Assembly (NCBI GenBank): GCA_051362555.1
Contig: CM120640.1
Span: 14,880,001-14,944,000 of the forward strand
DNA from: Lingula anatina
Lineage: Eukaryota > Animalia > Brachiopoda
Reading direction: 5' to 3'
Length of the DNA: 64,000 nt
The stretch's first letter is position 1, and each line of letters begins with the position of its first letter. Of this stretch, positions 50,101-62,228 are shown piece by piece. The notes beneath the pieces are model-generated. The model saw nothing but the letters and a program-made list of their open reading frames with translations. It did no database searches and was not told the origin of the DNA. Both the position numbers and the translations under genes were made by a program.

Positions 50101-51244
50101 GCTATTAAAATACAAATACATCTATTTCCACACCTTAGTCTTTGACATCGGAAGCTATGGCTCACTGATAGTGGATAATTAGGTGCATATGAGTGTCTAC
50201 CTTCATAGCGCCTCGAGGCCATATTTGCACTTGAGTTATTCTGAATGAAGAGGTTAAAATGTAAAAAAATGCTTTTGTCATATAGAAATACAGGTGGCGC
50301 ACACGTGGTATTATTTTAAGCTCAATTACCATCTCTAGACAGGTGAAATCAACTTGCCAACGCCTTGCCTATTGCATAAATGACTAAGCTCCAAAATTAT
50401 TATTATGATTTTTATCATTATCAATTATTTCTAGGTGTATTTTATTCTGAATGACCAGTTTGGTGGTAACCCAAACCCCAGCAAGCACCAGAGCGGAGAG
50501 AACGGGCCTCTTCACTCTTATGACACCATTGCTCTGCACTCAGGCGGCCAAATCATGAGACCGAAAACTAAAACAGAGTTCACAAATTCCATTAACATTA
50601 TTGCTCATTTGATAAGCCCAGACCTGGTGAGACATAACTTTCTTGGTATGGAAAGTGTATATGTTAGCCTAAATTAAAAGAAAAGGTTTTAGGTTAGCTA
50701 AGGGGACTCCGTATTACAAAAAGATGGTCACGACGTTTGCCACTTTAGAGATTAGTAAAATGCAATATGGTTTTTAATTTAATCGAATTGTATGATTGCC
50801 TATCTGTCATGCAATTTTCTAATTCTACTCACCAGTCAGTAATGCCACAAGTGCTGTATTCCAGGTTACTCTGATGATTCGCTACAATCATCCTGGATCT
50901 GGCACCTTCGATTTTTCTGTAGATAAAACTATCTACGCAGTGTTTGTTCTGGTAGTCTGTTCTCCTCAGGTGAAAGATAACGTCCAGATACTTGACCCAA
51001 CAGGTAAAACGACGAAAACTATAATATTTGGTTCAAAAATGTTTCATTCATAAGTGAAGGATTGATAACAAGAATTTTGGCAATATTGTACACGTATGTG
51101 TGTCATAATGATAAGTTTTTGTAAATTAATTGCAAAGTTCGATAACCTTTTATGTTAGGTAGGACCACAGATGGGTCTATTTTTCTTCTAAAGGAAAAGA
51201 AACAGGGATAAGAAAGAGACAAGTTTTTCTTGGCCGACAAAAAA

Positions 51245-51281
<37 letters not shown>

Positions 51282-54200
51282 ATTATTATAATAATGAAAT
51301 TATGGTTCTCTCGAATGTGTTTTTTCTTGAATTACTGTCATTTAATTTATAGAACTCCGAAGTATCACAATGGACAGTCAAAATAAATCAATACAAAAAG
51401 TAAAGTAATTACCTTTTTAAAATATTTAAAAAAATACTTCTTCTTTCCTCCAGGTATCAACGTAGCTCCGTCTGCCGACCATGTTGTCTCAACGACCAGC
51501 ACTAAACTGTTTAAATTAAACAGCATTTCGAGGGGGTGGTGGAAGGTCTTTATAGAATGTGATGGCTCCCCAGAGTGTTCCTGCAATGTCCACGTGCTCG
51601 CTAGAAGCACTCTGGATATCGTGACCTCGTTTGCTAGAGAAATGGACGTCCTCCACCGAGGATTAAAGAAAGTACCGGCCCGACCAACAAAAGGTAAGAA
51701 CAACATCAGTTTGGAGCAATTGTTTAGGAGTACTAGCTACGCAAGACGCCGTTTGCTGCTGAAAAATAAGAAAAAAATGCCGGAATCGGAAACATTTAAA
51801 AGAAAATTTTGTGAGATATTGCCATAAATCCGCCTATTCTTTTTTTTTAGCAACCCTTAGAAATAATTGAAAACACGATGCATAATGCACAATCTCTCCC
51901 CCTGCTTCAGATTTCGCATTAATATGAAAAAAGAAATTTTAAAGAAAGAGTGTTGCCATTTGCTCAGCCCCCACTTTAAAAAAAATTCTTTCAGATAACA
52001 TGTCTTATGTTCGCCTCCATGTGGTTGGTGCAGATGGTTTCCAGAGTCCTCTGCAGTCAAATCAAATCTTAGCAAGCGGTTACAGTTCAAAGGGATCAGC
52101 TACACTGTTTTCACATGCTCTGAATGAACTTGTTCCAAAGGAAGAGTATTATTTTTCAGCCAACTTTCAAAACATTTCACAAGGTAAATATTTAAGACAT
52201 CAACAACACTGTTTATTTTTCTGACAATTTTTAAAAATCTATATGTATTTTGCATTTTTTATTGGCAGTTATTATTGCGTACATGTATTATATAACTTTT
52301 TTTTTCATTTTTGCTTTAGTAAGCACGTTTTATCCCAAATCGTATAACATTTCTGAAATAGAACGTAAATGACGGTCAGTTTTGCCCTTTTCACCAAAAA
52401 CAATAGGGTTTCGCATCGGAATGGAAGCGAAGGATACAGATGGACAACAAATTGATAGAATAGTAACCCAACTGATTTTCCCAGTCGAGTCAGAAATCCT
52501 GCTGGACTACTCCACGCCCCGCACCTGGCAAATGCCAACCGGAGGAACCGATCGAGTCACAGTCAAGGTATCTAACCTTGGGACTTTGGGAGCCGACATG
52601 ACCCTTTCGGCGTCAGATTCGGGTGGCCTTGTGAGCATGATACTGCCCTCTGACAGGTTAGTAAGTTACCCCTAATAACATATCAGACCTGCTGCAAATT
52701 GGCAGCGAAATTGCCGCAAATTTGCTGCAAACTGCAGTTCCTTCTTGCAAATTTGCAGCTAAGCAGCAATAAAATTTTTCTTGCAAACTCTTGCAGACTC
52801 GTTGCCGCAAACTTTTAGTTGGCAGCAATATTGCTGCAATATTGTTGCACACATTGCATTTTGCTTATGGTTGAAAATCCACTTTCTTTTCATTGTGTTT
52901 CTTTGGTGATTTTTTAATCTGTGACTTTGGTATATGTAAGGGCTTGGAATCTCAAAGAAAAGTTGCCTTGAGTGTTGTTTTACGAGCTTTTCACCCTTAA
53001 ATCACATCAGGATAAATGGGAATACAGAAGGTGTAGAAGGTGAATTGTCTGAAAAGCCCCCCCTCTACTCAAATGTCAACTTCACGATAGGCCTACACTT
53101 GTATTCAAAACACTCCAAAAAGTTGTGAATTATTTAATCGTATATGCAACTCCACATGAGGAGCCCTCCTACAATTACACGCAAATGAGGCTTAGGAAAA
53201 AATTCACACAAGAATTCGTCATCTTTGATATGAAATGTTAGTTTTCTTCATTGTAATGTTCTTTGTAACAGTTAACCGGTTGACTAACTGCAGAAAGATG
53301 TAGTCGGAACATCAGTTAGTAATTTCTTGTTAGAACAAACAATAATCCTCAAATGATATTTTTTAAAGATGCATACAAAGTCAATTTTTTGTCACAAAAA
53401 CCAACCAAATGCCAGCATATAGTTTCAAGTAGTATAACTAAGAGAATTACCAAAAGGCATTGTTTAATTTTACCCGAAAATGATGTTTGAACAGATTTTT
53501 CTGCTGGCATTCTAAGCTGTATGTCAATGGGGCAGGAAAGTAGGTCACGGAAGTAGGTTAAATTTACAACCATAAATTTAAAGAAAGGAGCAGTCTAAAG
53601 GTCTTTTATGGCTGATCGAGTGATCTATTCAGTTTATTCCTTGGCATGTCAAATTTATTTGAGTCATATAAGAATCTAGTAGAAGTGGTTTACATGTGTT
53701 ACTGGGAATCCACGCTCCACCAATGCTCGGTTCGTATGTACCTTTAAGGTTCACCATTGCGGCCGGAGAAACGAAGACGAGGTTTGTCACACTAATCGCA
53801 CCTACTGCAACCACGCGCGGTCTTTCCAGTACAGTAATTGTGTCGGCACACTCAAACAGAAGCATGTTTGAGAGTTACGATATAATACAACTTAACGTTG
53901 CGCCGAAGGTAAGATAATGAATGTGGGATAAACTTAAAAAGTTACTGAGTATGAAAATAAATTGTTCCAAGTAAGCATATTCCTGTCTATTACAGTTAAG
54001 CAATTTTATCAATTGTTTGTTTTTAGTTGTATTTTAAAAGGCATCGGTTGAAAAATTACAAAATTTTCCGGAAACCAAAAGAAGACATAATGTGTGGCAT
54101 TAGTGCATTATATTAAAAAAATAAAGATTTGGATGATGCCAATTCCGTATACTACCCTTGTACAAGTGAATAAAGAAAAATAAGATTAAATCAAATACAC

Positions 54201-54990
54201 GCAGAAGAGCTTTCGGTTCCTCAGACTTAAAAGAATGATTTTAAAAGTGAATGTACTCGTGATCCCGAACATAAGTTCTATGCATCACCTCTTTAATTAA
54301 TGATATGTTTTGCCTAACACGTAGTTCTAAGATAAGGATTGTTCCATTAGAACACACATATTGCCATAGAGTATGCATGTAATCACAGCATTATGTTTCT
54401 TCCAGTCATTTGATTACGTCAGTCCAACCTGTGAAATAGTGAGCCGCAGCGGTGATTGTTCCTCAACTTTCCACGGTTCAAAACCGTGCTTCGAAGACTT
54501 CTGGTCGATTGAAATCGTTGCGGCTGATCAAGGAGTCGGGCTTTATTCGGTACATGAATTAAAGAATGGGGCGAACGCCACGCTGATTGTCCAGTCTTTC
54601 GCCGAAGGTCTCACCAACCAAAACGTCACCGCTACTTACACTTCCGACTGCTGCACGCTTTCGGCTGACATCGTCGCTTGTGATGCATTCGGCAATATTG
54701 GCCTTTGCTCAGAAGTTGTTGTGGATAAAATCAATACATCAGAGCCGACGGGGTTGAGTTCTGGTTTTCTTACAGCAGTGATTCTTGCATCTGTGGCGGC
54801 AGGATTGCTTTTAGTTGCTCTGTGCTGCTGTATCTGTTGCTGGTGTTGCATACCGGCGTGGAGGAGGAGGAGAAGGAGGAAGGGAAGTCTGAGTAGCACC
54901 TCTTTAAACTCGTCCCAACCTGGATGGATACCACACGGATACAGGTCTCAAGCATATCCTCTGGCCTTTTATTTGTACGCTGAAGACTGA
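47109..54990 (+). CDS. VWA7: von Willebrand factor A domain-containing protein 7-like, with a C-terminal TM helix, 12 coding exons, about 1026 aa
   Basis: Exons 47109-47664, 47913-48092, 48197-48312, 48582-48825, 49700-49929, 50435-50626, 50865-51003, 51454-51693, 51995-52183, 52407-52656, 53749-53908, 54406-54990 (3081 nt, GT-AG, phases consistent). Motifs: signal peptide then AFMPN, THANIT, AHFDSE, LHSLQDFYSHSNWVE, LLTSGY, GKCSHGG, GGINKD, SPHHYLH. vWA motifs: VLDTTVSM, YILVPFNDP, GGGD, IFVFTDA. C-terminal YTSDCC...DAFGNIGLC. Confidence 0.88.
51242..51278. repeat. (AAAT)n microsatellite
   Basis: Directly visible. Confidence 0.9.
52670..52872. repeat. Degenerate palindromic minisatellite or MITE interior built of TTGC(C/T)GCAAA units
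   Basis: Repeated TTGCCGCAAA / TTTGCTGCAAA / TTTGCAGC / ATTGCTGCAAT motifs in both orientations, starting just after a VWA7 donor site. Confidence 0.6.
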
Positions 54991-56888
54991 GTTGCATACA
55001 TATCTATTTCAAAGTGATTACTTACTTCTAAGTAAAAATACATGTGTGTTACTATCGACCTTACTTCATCTCTACTGCTGAACACACGCGCTCCCACACG
55101 TACCCACGATCATTAAAAAATGTATAATGGCTTTAATCAGTGAAAATAGTAGAGAGGCTGGGAATAATGAAGTAAATCTGAGATAAACATACTACATGTA
55201 TATCCTCTGGGCGGTCCAGGATTTTGCTACAGTAGGACCTACATGTAGGTGCACACAAGAATAAACAATGCACGTTAAACAAAATACTAGACTTTGCAAT
55301 TACAATTCTATTATAAGATGTAGGAAACGGGGGTGAAAATGTTGTACCTGTCTCATATAACGAGTTAAGCTGTCTTTTGGGAGGTTGGGGACGACGAGGT
55401 CACTTCCAACACTAGGGGTAGGTGCATGTGACACACTGCGCCCTCCTTTGATACACGCACTAGTATACCGGTAGGGCATTGTATTGGAGTCGGGCATTGT
55501 ATTGTATCTTTCCTTCTGAGACATGAGACTATGCTTATTGCATTTCATAGTATCATTGTGCAGTTAAATACAAGTGTATGTTTATAGAATACTTTAACTA
55601 CCAAACCAATATTTTGCCTTGTATCAGTTTAAAATTGATATTTGTGCCATTTTAAACAAATATTCAGTGTCCATCACAGGTCTACACCATTTATATTAGG
55701 CCTACAAGTAACTGAAAATAAGATATCAGTTTGGACGCGAAAACGAAAAAAATGGCGAATTATTCTAACGTCATGATGGATATTTTCACGAACCTACTGC
55801 CATGACACTACCGAGTTCCAAACTAGAAATATAATTGCCACGATGTACCCTGTATATGTGAATAATTAAAAAAAAAACTTTTCGAAGGGTAATAATTGAT
55901 CTTCTAGACAAAATAACGAACAGACATTAAAAACAGGATTTACGACAAGAAAACCCCTGGACATATAACCTAGGATTCCAGTTTTTATATCACGATACAT
56001 AGTGCACCACATATATAGGTCAGAAACTCGACATAACCCAACGCCATAGGTGACAAATTAAACGTCACGTTTACTGTTTTTGTAAGGAGATACATAACTA
56101 CTATAGTATAGGGTGTTGGTCACAAAAAAAGATAATCTTACACATACTTGCCTAAAACATAAATGTGCACCTAATAGATGTGCCTAAGTTGTTATTTGGA
56201 TACACTTTGCCATGAAAGGGGGGGCGTTCATGGGAATCTGGCGTGAACAAAAAGAAAATCTCCACCATCGCCAATTTTGTGGCAGCTACTGAAAAAATTC
56301 GAAAATTTCTGCCTCTCAGGGCCCCAAGGTGTGAGCATAACATGCATATCACGCATATTCCAACTCGAGTAGAAAAACAGCATTTGGGCGGGGTCAGTAC
56401 CTTCAATGCAGAAAAATGTAATGTGACCGTTTGAAAGAAAATGGAAAATTTTGACACCACAAAATGTCACAAATGTTCTCTTAAAATAAAGGATTTATAA
56501 TGCGTTCATTATCTATAACTTTGACATTGCATCGCAGGTTTAACTGTAACCCGGTTCCTAGCTGTGCGTTTTATTGTAGCAACAACACACGGACAACAGG
56601 CTGTCGTGCACAAAGGTGAAATATTCAATATTTTGTTGATTGTAGCATGGAGTTGTAACTTAGTAGTTGTCACTTGGTGATGGCATCAGCTCTATTTTAA
56701 GTGGCGTGAATCATGACTTGAATGCAGGCGTGATGACTTTCAATATTTCTGCACCTTTGCCTCCGGTGTATGTGATTTGCATAACTTAACATGTGCGTTA
56801 AGAATTGTTAACAGTCGTTTGGAACCCCGATTGACCCAAAATAAAGAGCTTAATGGGCTGTTTTTCGTTTTACTCCCGTGGTTATTCA

Positions 56889-56923
56889 TATAAAGGGCCT
56901 ACACCGTGGCAAATTGCACAGTT
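56889..56923 (+). promoter_or_regulatory. Candidate TATA box and Inr for the Reeler gene
   Basis: TATAAAG at 56889-56895, ACAGTT about 30 nt downstream, ATG at 56942. Confidence 0.45.
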
Positions 56924-56941
56924 TTAGTCTGGAGTATCACG

Positions 56942-59900
56942 ATGCAGGTCAGGATTGTTGTTGTCGTCGTCTGCTGTACCCTGGGTGTCACCTTGGCTTA
57001 CCCTTACGGAGCCCCCGTGGGATCATGCTTAGCAATGTTTCCCACGGGCCACGGTGTGAACCAGCAGACCAGCGACCCGCCTTTTCAGATTCAAGTGAGC
57101 CAAGCTACATACAATCCAAACGATGTTATTAACGGTATGAGAATTTTTTTCACTTCCTTTTTAACTTCAATTTTCAGAGAAGTTTGATCAATTAAGTTTG
57201 CGTTTATGTTAATGCATTTTAAAAAGAAACCGTGCTTGGCAATTTAAAACCTTTCCAAACGTACAGTAATGCATTATGTTAATGTGTTTTCAGCGCTAAA
57301 TCATTTATTTAATTTAACTACCTGTAATATATCATTTTCTTTTCTTATTTGTGGTGTGAAACTTTCACGATGCAATTTAACTGTTCCAGCTTAGAGTGAT
57401 TTTTGATGATTTCAGTGACATTGCACACATTGGCATCGGACTTGTACAAATACTGGGAAGGAGTGCTCCTCCAGGCGAGGAGAGTGGTCGGTAATATGGA
57501 CGAGCCGATCGGTACCTGGACCATAATGGCAAATGACACTGCCGATCTAAAAACCTTGAACTGTAGTGGAATTAATAACGTAAGTATCCTGAATAACAAG
57601 TGAATATTTCAAATAATAATAAACCGTGCAAAATAAAACCTGAACCCCCTGTTCTAGGCAGGGGTCTCAGTGGAGAATATACATCTTTAAGACTTGGGTC
57701 GAGGGAAATAAAGGTAACAAGCTTACAAGGTGCCTTCTGAAAAGTTCTCACGGTTTTAAATTCTTATAAACGGCGGTGGGACGTCTGAGGTTCACCCGAA
57801 CCGACATGGATCACGAATAAAAAGATTCTGCCAGGTTTATTCCGAAATTTATTGTGCGAAAGTCAAAAAATACATGTAACGGTCCTATTTAATACTTCAA
57901 AAATGTTATCAGCATCATTGGATATGCAAATATTAAATCTATTAAATCATATTTTATTTGGCCAGCTCTCACAAAATCATGTAACAAAAGAAAGGGCTGC
58001 AATATGTACCTTAACTTAGAGGTTATGTTCAAGGGAGTCAAACTAGGAGTGCACTACCCTCTGATATCACAGGGTCTAAAACAGTATACAAAATTAAAGA
58101 CAATAATTCTGTAACCGACTGCTACCAGACCTGTGGTCAGAGAGTACGTGTGATGCTATATATGCCAATATCTGATGCCAATATCCAGCGAAAACAGAAG
58201 TTCATGTGAACGCAAATAAATGCCTTGTGAGTGTACATGTAGTCTGTAAGATATGCCACATTTCATTCCACAATACTTTCTAGAGAAATCAGCATACTAA
58301 TGTGACAGTATACGAGATTTTTATCCTCTCAGTTTCTTTTAATACTATTCTATGTTGCTGTAGTTAACGTTCGAAATACATAATAATATCCTTAACTTGC
58401 ATGTCAGACTGCACTATGTGCATCTTGCTGTTCCTTTATGATAGAATCAGGCAATTTTTCACCGAAATTCAGTGTACGATTGCGCACCGAGAAGCTATTA
58501 GCTGAAGACTATTATACAAATTATATTGTATGTAGGAAATGTGGATGTTTTATTCAGCAATTCAAGTATCTTGTGTTTCTTTTTATTATTTGGTACAGTG
58601 CGGACTCTTTATGTTCAAAAATGTCAAAACGGATGACCTGTAAAATTATATTAATCACAGCCATATTCAAAACAACCACTTGACATTAAATATGTTTCTT
58701 AATTTCGCTTTTCTCCACAATCTTCTAGTGAATTTACCCTAACATTTTATAAAAACCTAACCCAAAACTCACTACCTTGACCAGCGATGTTTAAGCATCC
58801 AAATCTAGCACTTTGCAAGTTTGATAGTAATAAAATTGCCTTGGAATATGAAGCTGATGCTAATCATGCCGCATTAAGTTTTAAAAAGTCAATCAACGAA
58901 TATATACCGAGAAAATACATCCAACTTACGCATTCTACAAAAAATCTAATGAGTCAGTTTCAAGCTGTGATGCACATATTGTGATAAAGACGTAGTAAAA
59001 TGACAGCATAGAGGCATTTATAAATCTGACCAAAACATTGGTGCATATAGGCTATTCACTCTGATAACAGCAAGTAAACCACTATCAAATTTCATTACCT
59101 TGGCAGGAGCCAAGTGTTAAAAGATAGCATGTTAAAAGATAGCATGCTGTAGCATTGAGCATAAACAATTAGGCCTATGGAGGTGGATAGGGATTCAGCA
59201 GGAAATATGAAATATAAAACATATTTTTCTGAAGGACAGGTTAAATTCAATCCACACGAAGTAGCCTACTACAAACAAATGTGATGTATAGTCCTACATG
59301 TATTTTACTCTTTGTATTATTTATCGAAAATTTTGTATTATAGACAAGATACGAAGTTCAGGCGAGGCATTGTTCTTGTTTCATGTATTATTATCCGTCC
59401 GTCCATATATATATATATATAAACTTCTATTTGGAGTCAAGTTATATTCCTTAAATTTTCCAAATTTAACTCTGTACTGTAGGCTGTAAGAGTCTCTTAA
59501 AGGCCTACATTTACTTTGTTTCGTTAAGGTTCAACTCTTTCCAAAGAATACATATATAATGTTGCTACAATGTATAACCTTTTTGTGCCTTTTTGTGGTT
59601 AACCTGTGCCCCTATTACACAGAAAATATATAGAGAATTCTGCTATAACCTTTTGGCACCTTTTCGTGATTAACCCCTTTTTCGACCATTCACACGACGC
59701 GAAAGGATTTAGTGAGTCAGTGGCAAAGAAAAGGGTGTGTCTGTCCTGCTGCTAACTTCTTTCAGGTAACTCGATCCCCACATGTCAATATTGCATTCGG
59801 GCAATCATACACACAAGTCAATATGCAGAATTGTAATTACTACCCGGGTCATTGGGCTTCTCCATGTATGTGTACCTGACACACCTTTGTAAACATGCAT

Positions 59901-60903
59901 GTCCTTACGAAGAAAGGGGAAAATGTTTGTTTTCGTCCCGGGGCTATTCAATATAGAACGAACCACCTGCCGTGACAATATCTTTACAAATCTGAGCTTT
60001 TTTCCACACTTAAGTCTCCTTGACCCTAGCCAACACGTTCGCTCCATAGGAATGTTTTGAAGACCTTGATGACGTTTTTATAGGATTGATTAGGCATGTC
60101 AGATCAAAATGATGGTCTAAACTTTCGACTGTCAATGAGATTCTGTAAGAAGTACTTGATAGAGATAAAACCATGATAAAAAAAAGCAAGACAGTACACT
60201 CTTGGCCATTCTGTTAAAGCATTATCCTTATAATTATTATTATTATTACAGAGTGCTGTGACCCACAATGTTGAAAAGCATTACGTCACCAAGGTCGTCC
60301 AATGGACAGCACCACCCCAGGCTCAAGGACACGTGAAATTCCGGTGAGTTGTTATGATAATAAAGATTAACTAAAATGCTAGGCACGCGTGCTCATGTAC
60401 TAGAAGTAGTTTATGCAGACCCCAGATAACTCATCTACTGGTACGTGTATTATTTAGCTACACCTCGGTGTGTAAGTGGAGAAAAAACACCATCAGATCT
60501 CAGTAGACTCTTAAGAAGACTTTTTGTGGAATGGATAGAAGTTTTAGTAATCTATTTGTTTGATTATATTTTGTTTGTGTGCCCACTAGTACAATGTGTG
60601 ATCCCTTGCTTTATAAATCACCACAAGTACAGTAGGCATATAAATTGACCATATGTGTACATTATTTCTGATCCTTCATAATGATTAAACGAGGAATCAT
60701 TTTCACGACCTTGTTTTTTCAGGGCAACATTTGTGAAAAACAAGGTAACTTTCTGGGTCAATGTCATGTCCGCCACTGTGCAGGATCCAACTGCAGACCC
60801 GATCACAGACAATGGTAAAAATGGCGCCAGCAGCACCAGGGTTATTTACAGCGATGTTTTTGTACTTGCAACCCTCTGCACATTATTGAAAAGAATGCTG
60901 TAA
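56942..60903 (+). CDS. Reeler-domain protein (defense protein Hdd11 / FRRS1 reeler-like), 4 exons, about 209 aa, probable GPI anchor
   Basis: Exons 56942-57134, 57416-57579, 60252-60343, 60723-60903 (630 nt). Signal peptide, then YPYGAPVGSCLAMFPTGHG, WEGVLLQAR, PIGTW, LNC...SAVTH, VQWTAPP, GHVKFRATFVKNKVTFWVNV (Reeler pattern). Tail NGASSTRVIYSDVFVLATLCTLLKRML*. Confidence 0.88.
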
Positions 60904-61147
60904 AAGATGAGATGTTTTAATATTGCGTTTTTAACATGCTTATGTTATTTTGATCACGTATTTTTCACCAGGATTAAAGATTCATTTGTTTATCTTCCTC
61001 TATAAATACGTATTTTATTGCTGGATTACATGATGGGCTTACATGTGCACTCTTACCAAATCTGGTATACAAGGCCCCTACTGAAAAAATTGAAACATAT
61101 TTTTATAGGTATATCTGTAACATCTTTTTTGCTTGCGTTAGACCACT

Positions 61148-61282
61148 GGGGCCGTATTCTCAAAACTTTGTAATTTACAACAATTTGTAACTATTTACGT
61201 GAATTTGTATCTTAGACTTACACGGTATTCTCAAAACTCTTGTAAGTCTCGGACTTACAAACTCTTGTAACTTTTCACGTAA
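61148..61282 (+). mobile_element. Probable left end of a Harbinger-like DNA transposon; right end not found in the window
   Basis: GGGGCCGTATTCTCAAAACTTTGTAA, with an internal repeat CGGTATTCTCAAAACTCTTGTAA and several TTGTAA/TTACAA motifs. Confidence 0.45.
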
Positions 61283-62182
61283 CTTTCCGGAAGTGACGTT
61301 TGGTCCATGAATAACCCGCATCGACGTGTTTCACTGCCGTGCTTTGCGGCGATAAAACGCTTATCTAGACATAAAAGTCTCTTGAAATGTATTGAGAATC
61401 ATTCAAAAAGACGTTTCTTAACATTTTCTTACAAGTTTTCGTCGGAAAATTCACTCATTTTAAATGTGCTTCCTCCGACATGCGAGCTCAGAAATCGGAC
61501 TTGGCTCCTCTTGTGGGATTCCCCAGCTGGGATTCCCCAAGTTTACCGTTAGCAAAAAGCGCTTTATTTCATTAAATTTACAATGAAAACGTGTGTGAAT
61601 TTTTCCTACAGTAAGTAGCTTATAATAAACACTCACCACATTGTTCAAATTTGATACTTGCTTGGATTTCATGCTGTCTTAGGATACCAAAGCCATACAA
61701 ATAAGTTCACACAATTCCTCTCTATACCTATGCCATTCAGTTAGATATAAAAATGTAATTTTTATTTTAATATATAGACGTTGTTATTAAATATTAGTGA
61801 GTATATTTGATTTCTACTCACGTTTGCTCTGATTTTTTTAAGATGAAAAATTAATAAATGATATTTTCAAGTTAAGCCACAAATAATAACAAAAATTAAT
61901 TCACACAAATAAGTTGGCCCAATATTTCAAAAATGACATTCAATTTAATATGAACATTTTATTTTTAAATAAAATTGATAATTGTGATTAATTAATGGGT
62001 GTTAGTATAAAAGTGAAAATATTTTTTCAGTACACCTTTGTTGTTACCATAAAGAGTGAGTATTTTTTAATGTCAGTATGAAATGCACATTGTACTGGTA
62101 CAAATGAACATGTACCTACAGGTTGGCTAGTATAAGCAGTAAAAAAATGATAATAAAGGATTTTGTTAATAAATAAAAAAAC

Positions 62183-62227
<45 letters not shown>
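62183..62227. repeat. (ATA)n microsatellite
   Basis: Directly visible; source of the spurious poly-Tyr ORF at 62027..62230. Confidence 0.95.
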
Positions 62228-62228
<1 letters not shown>

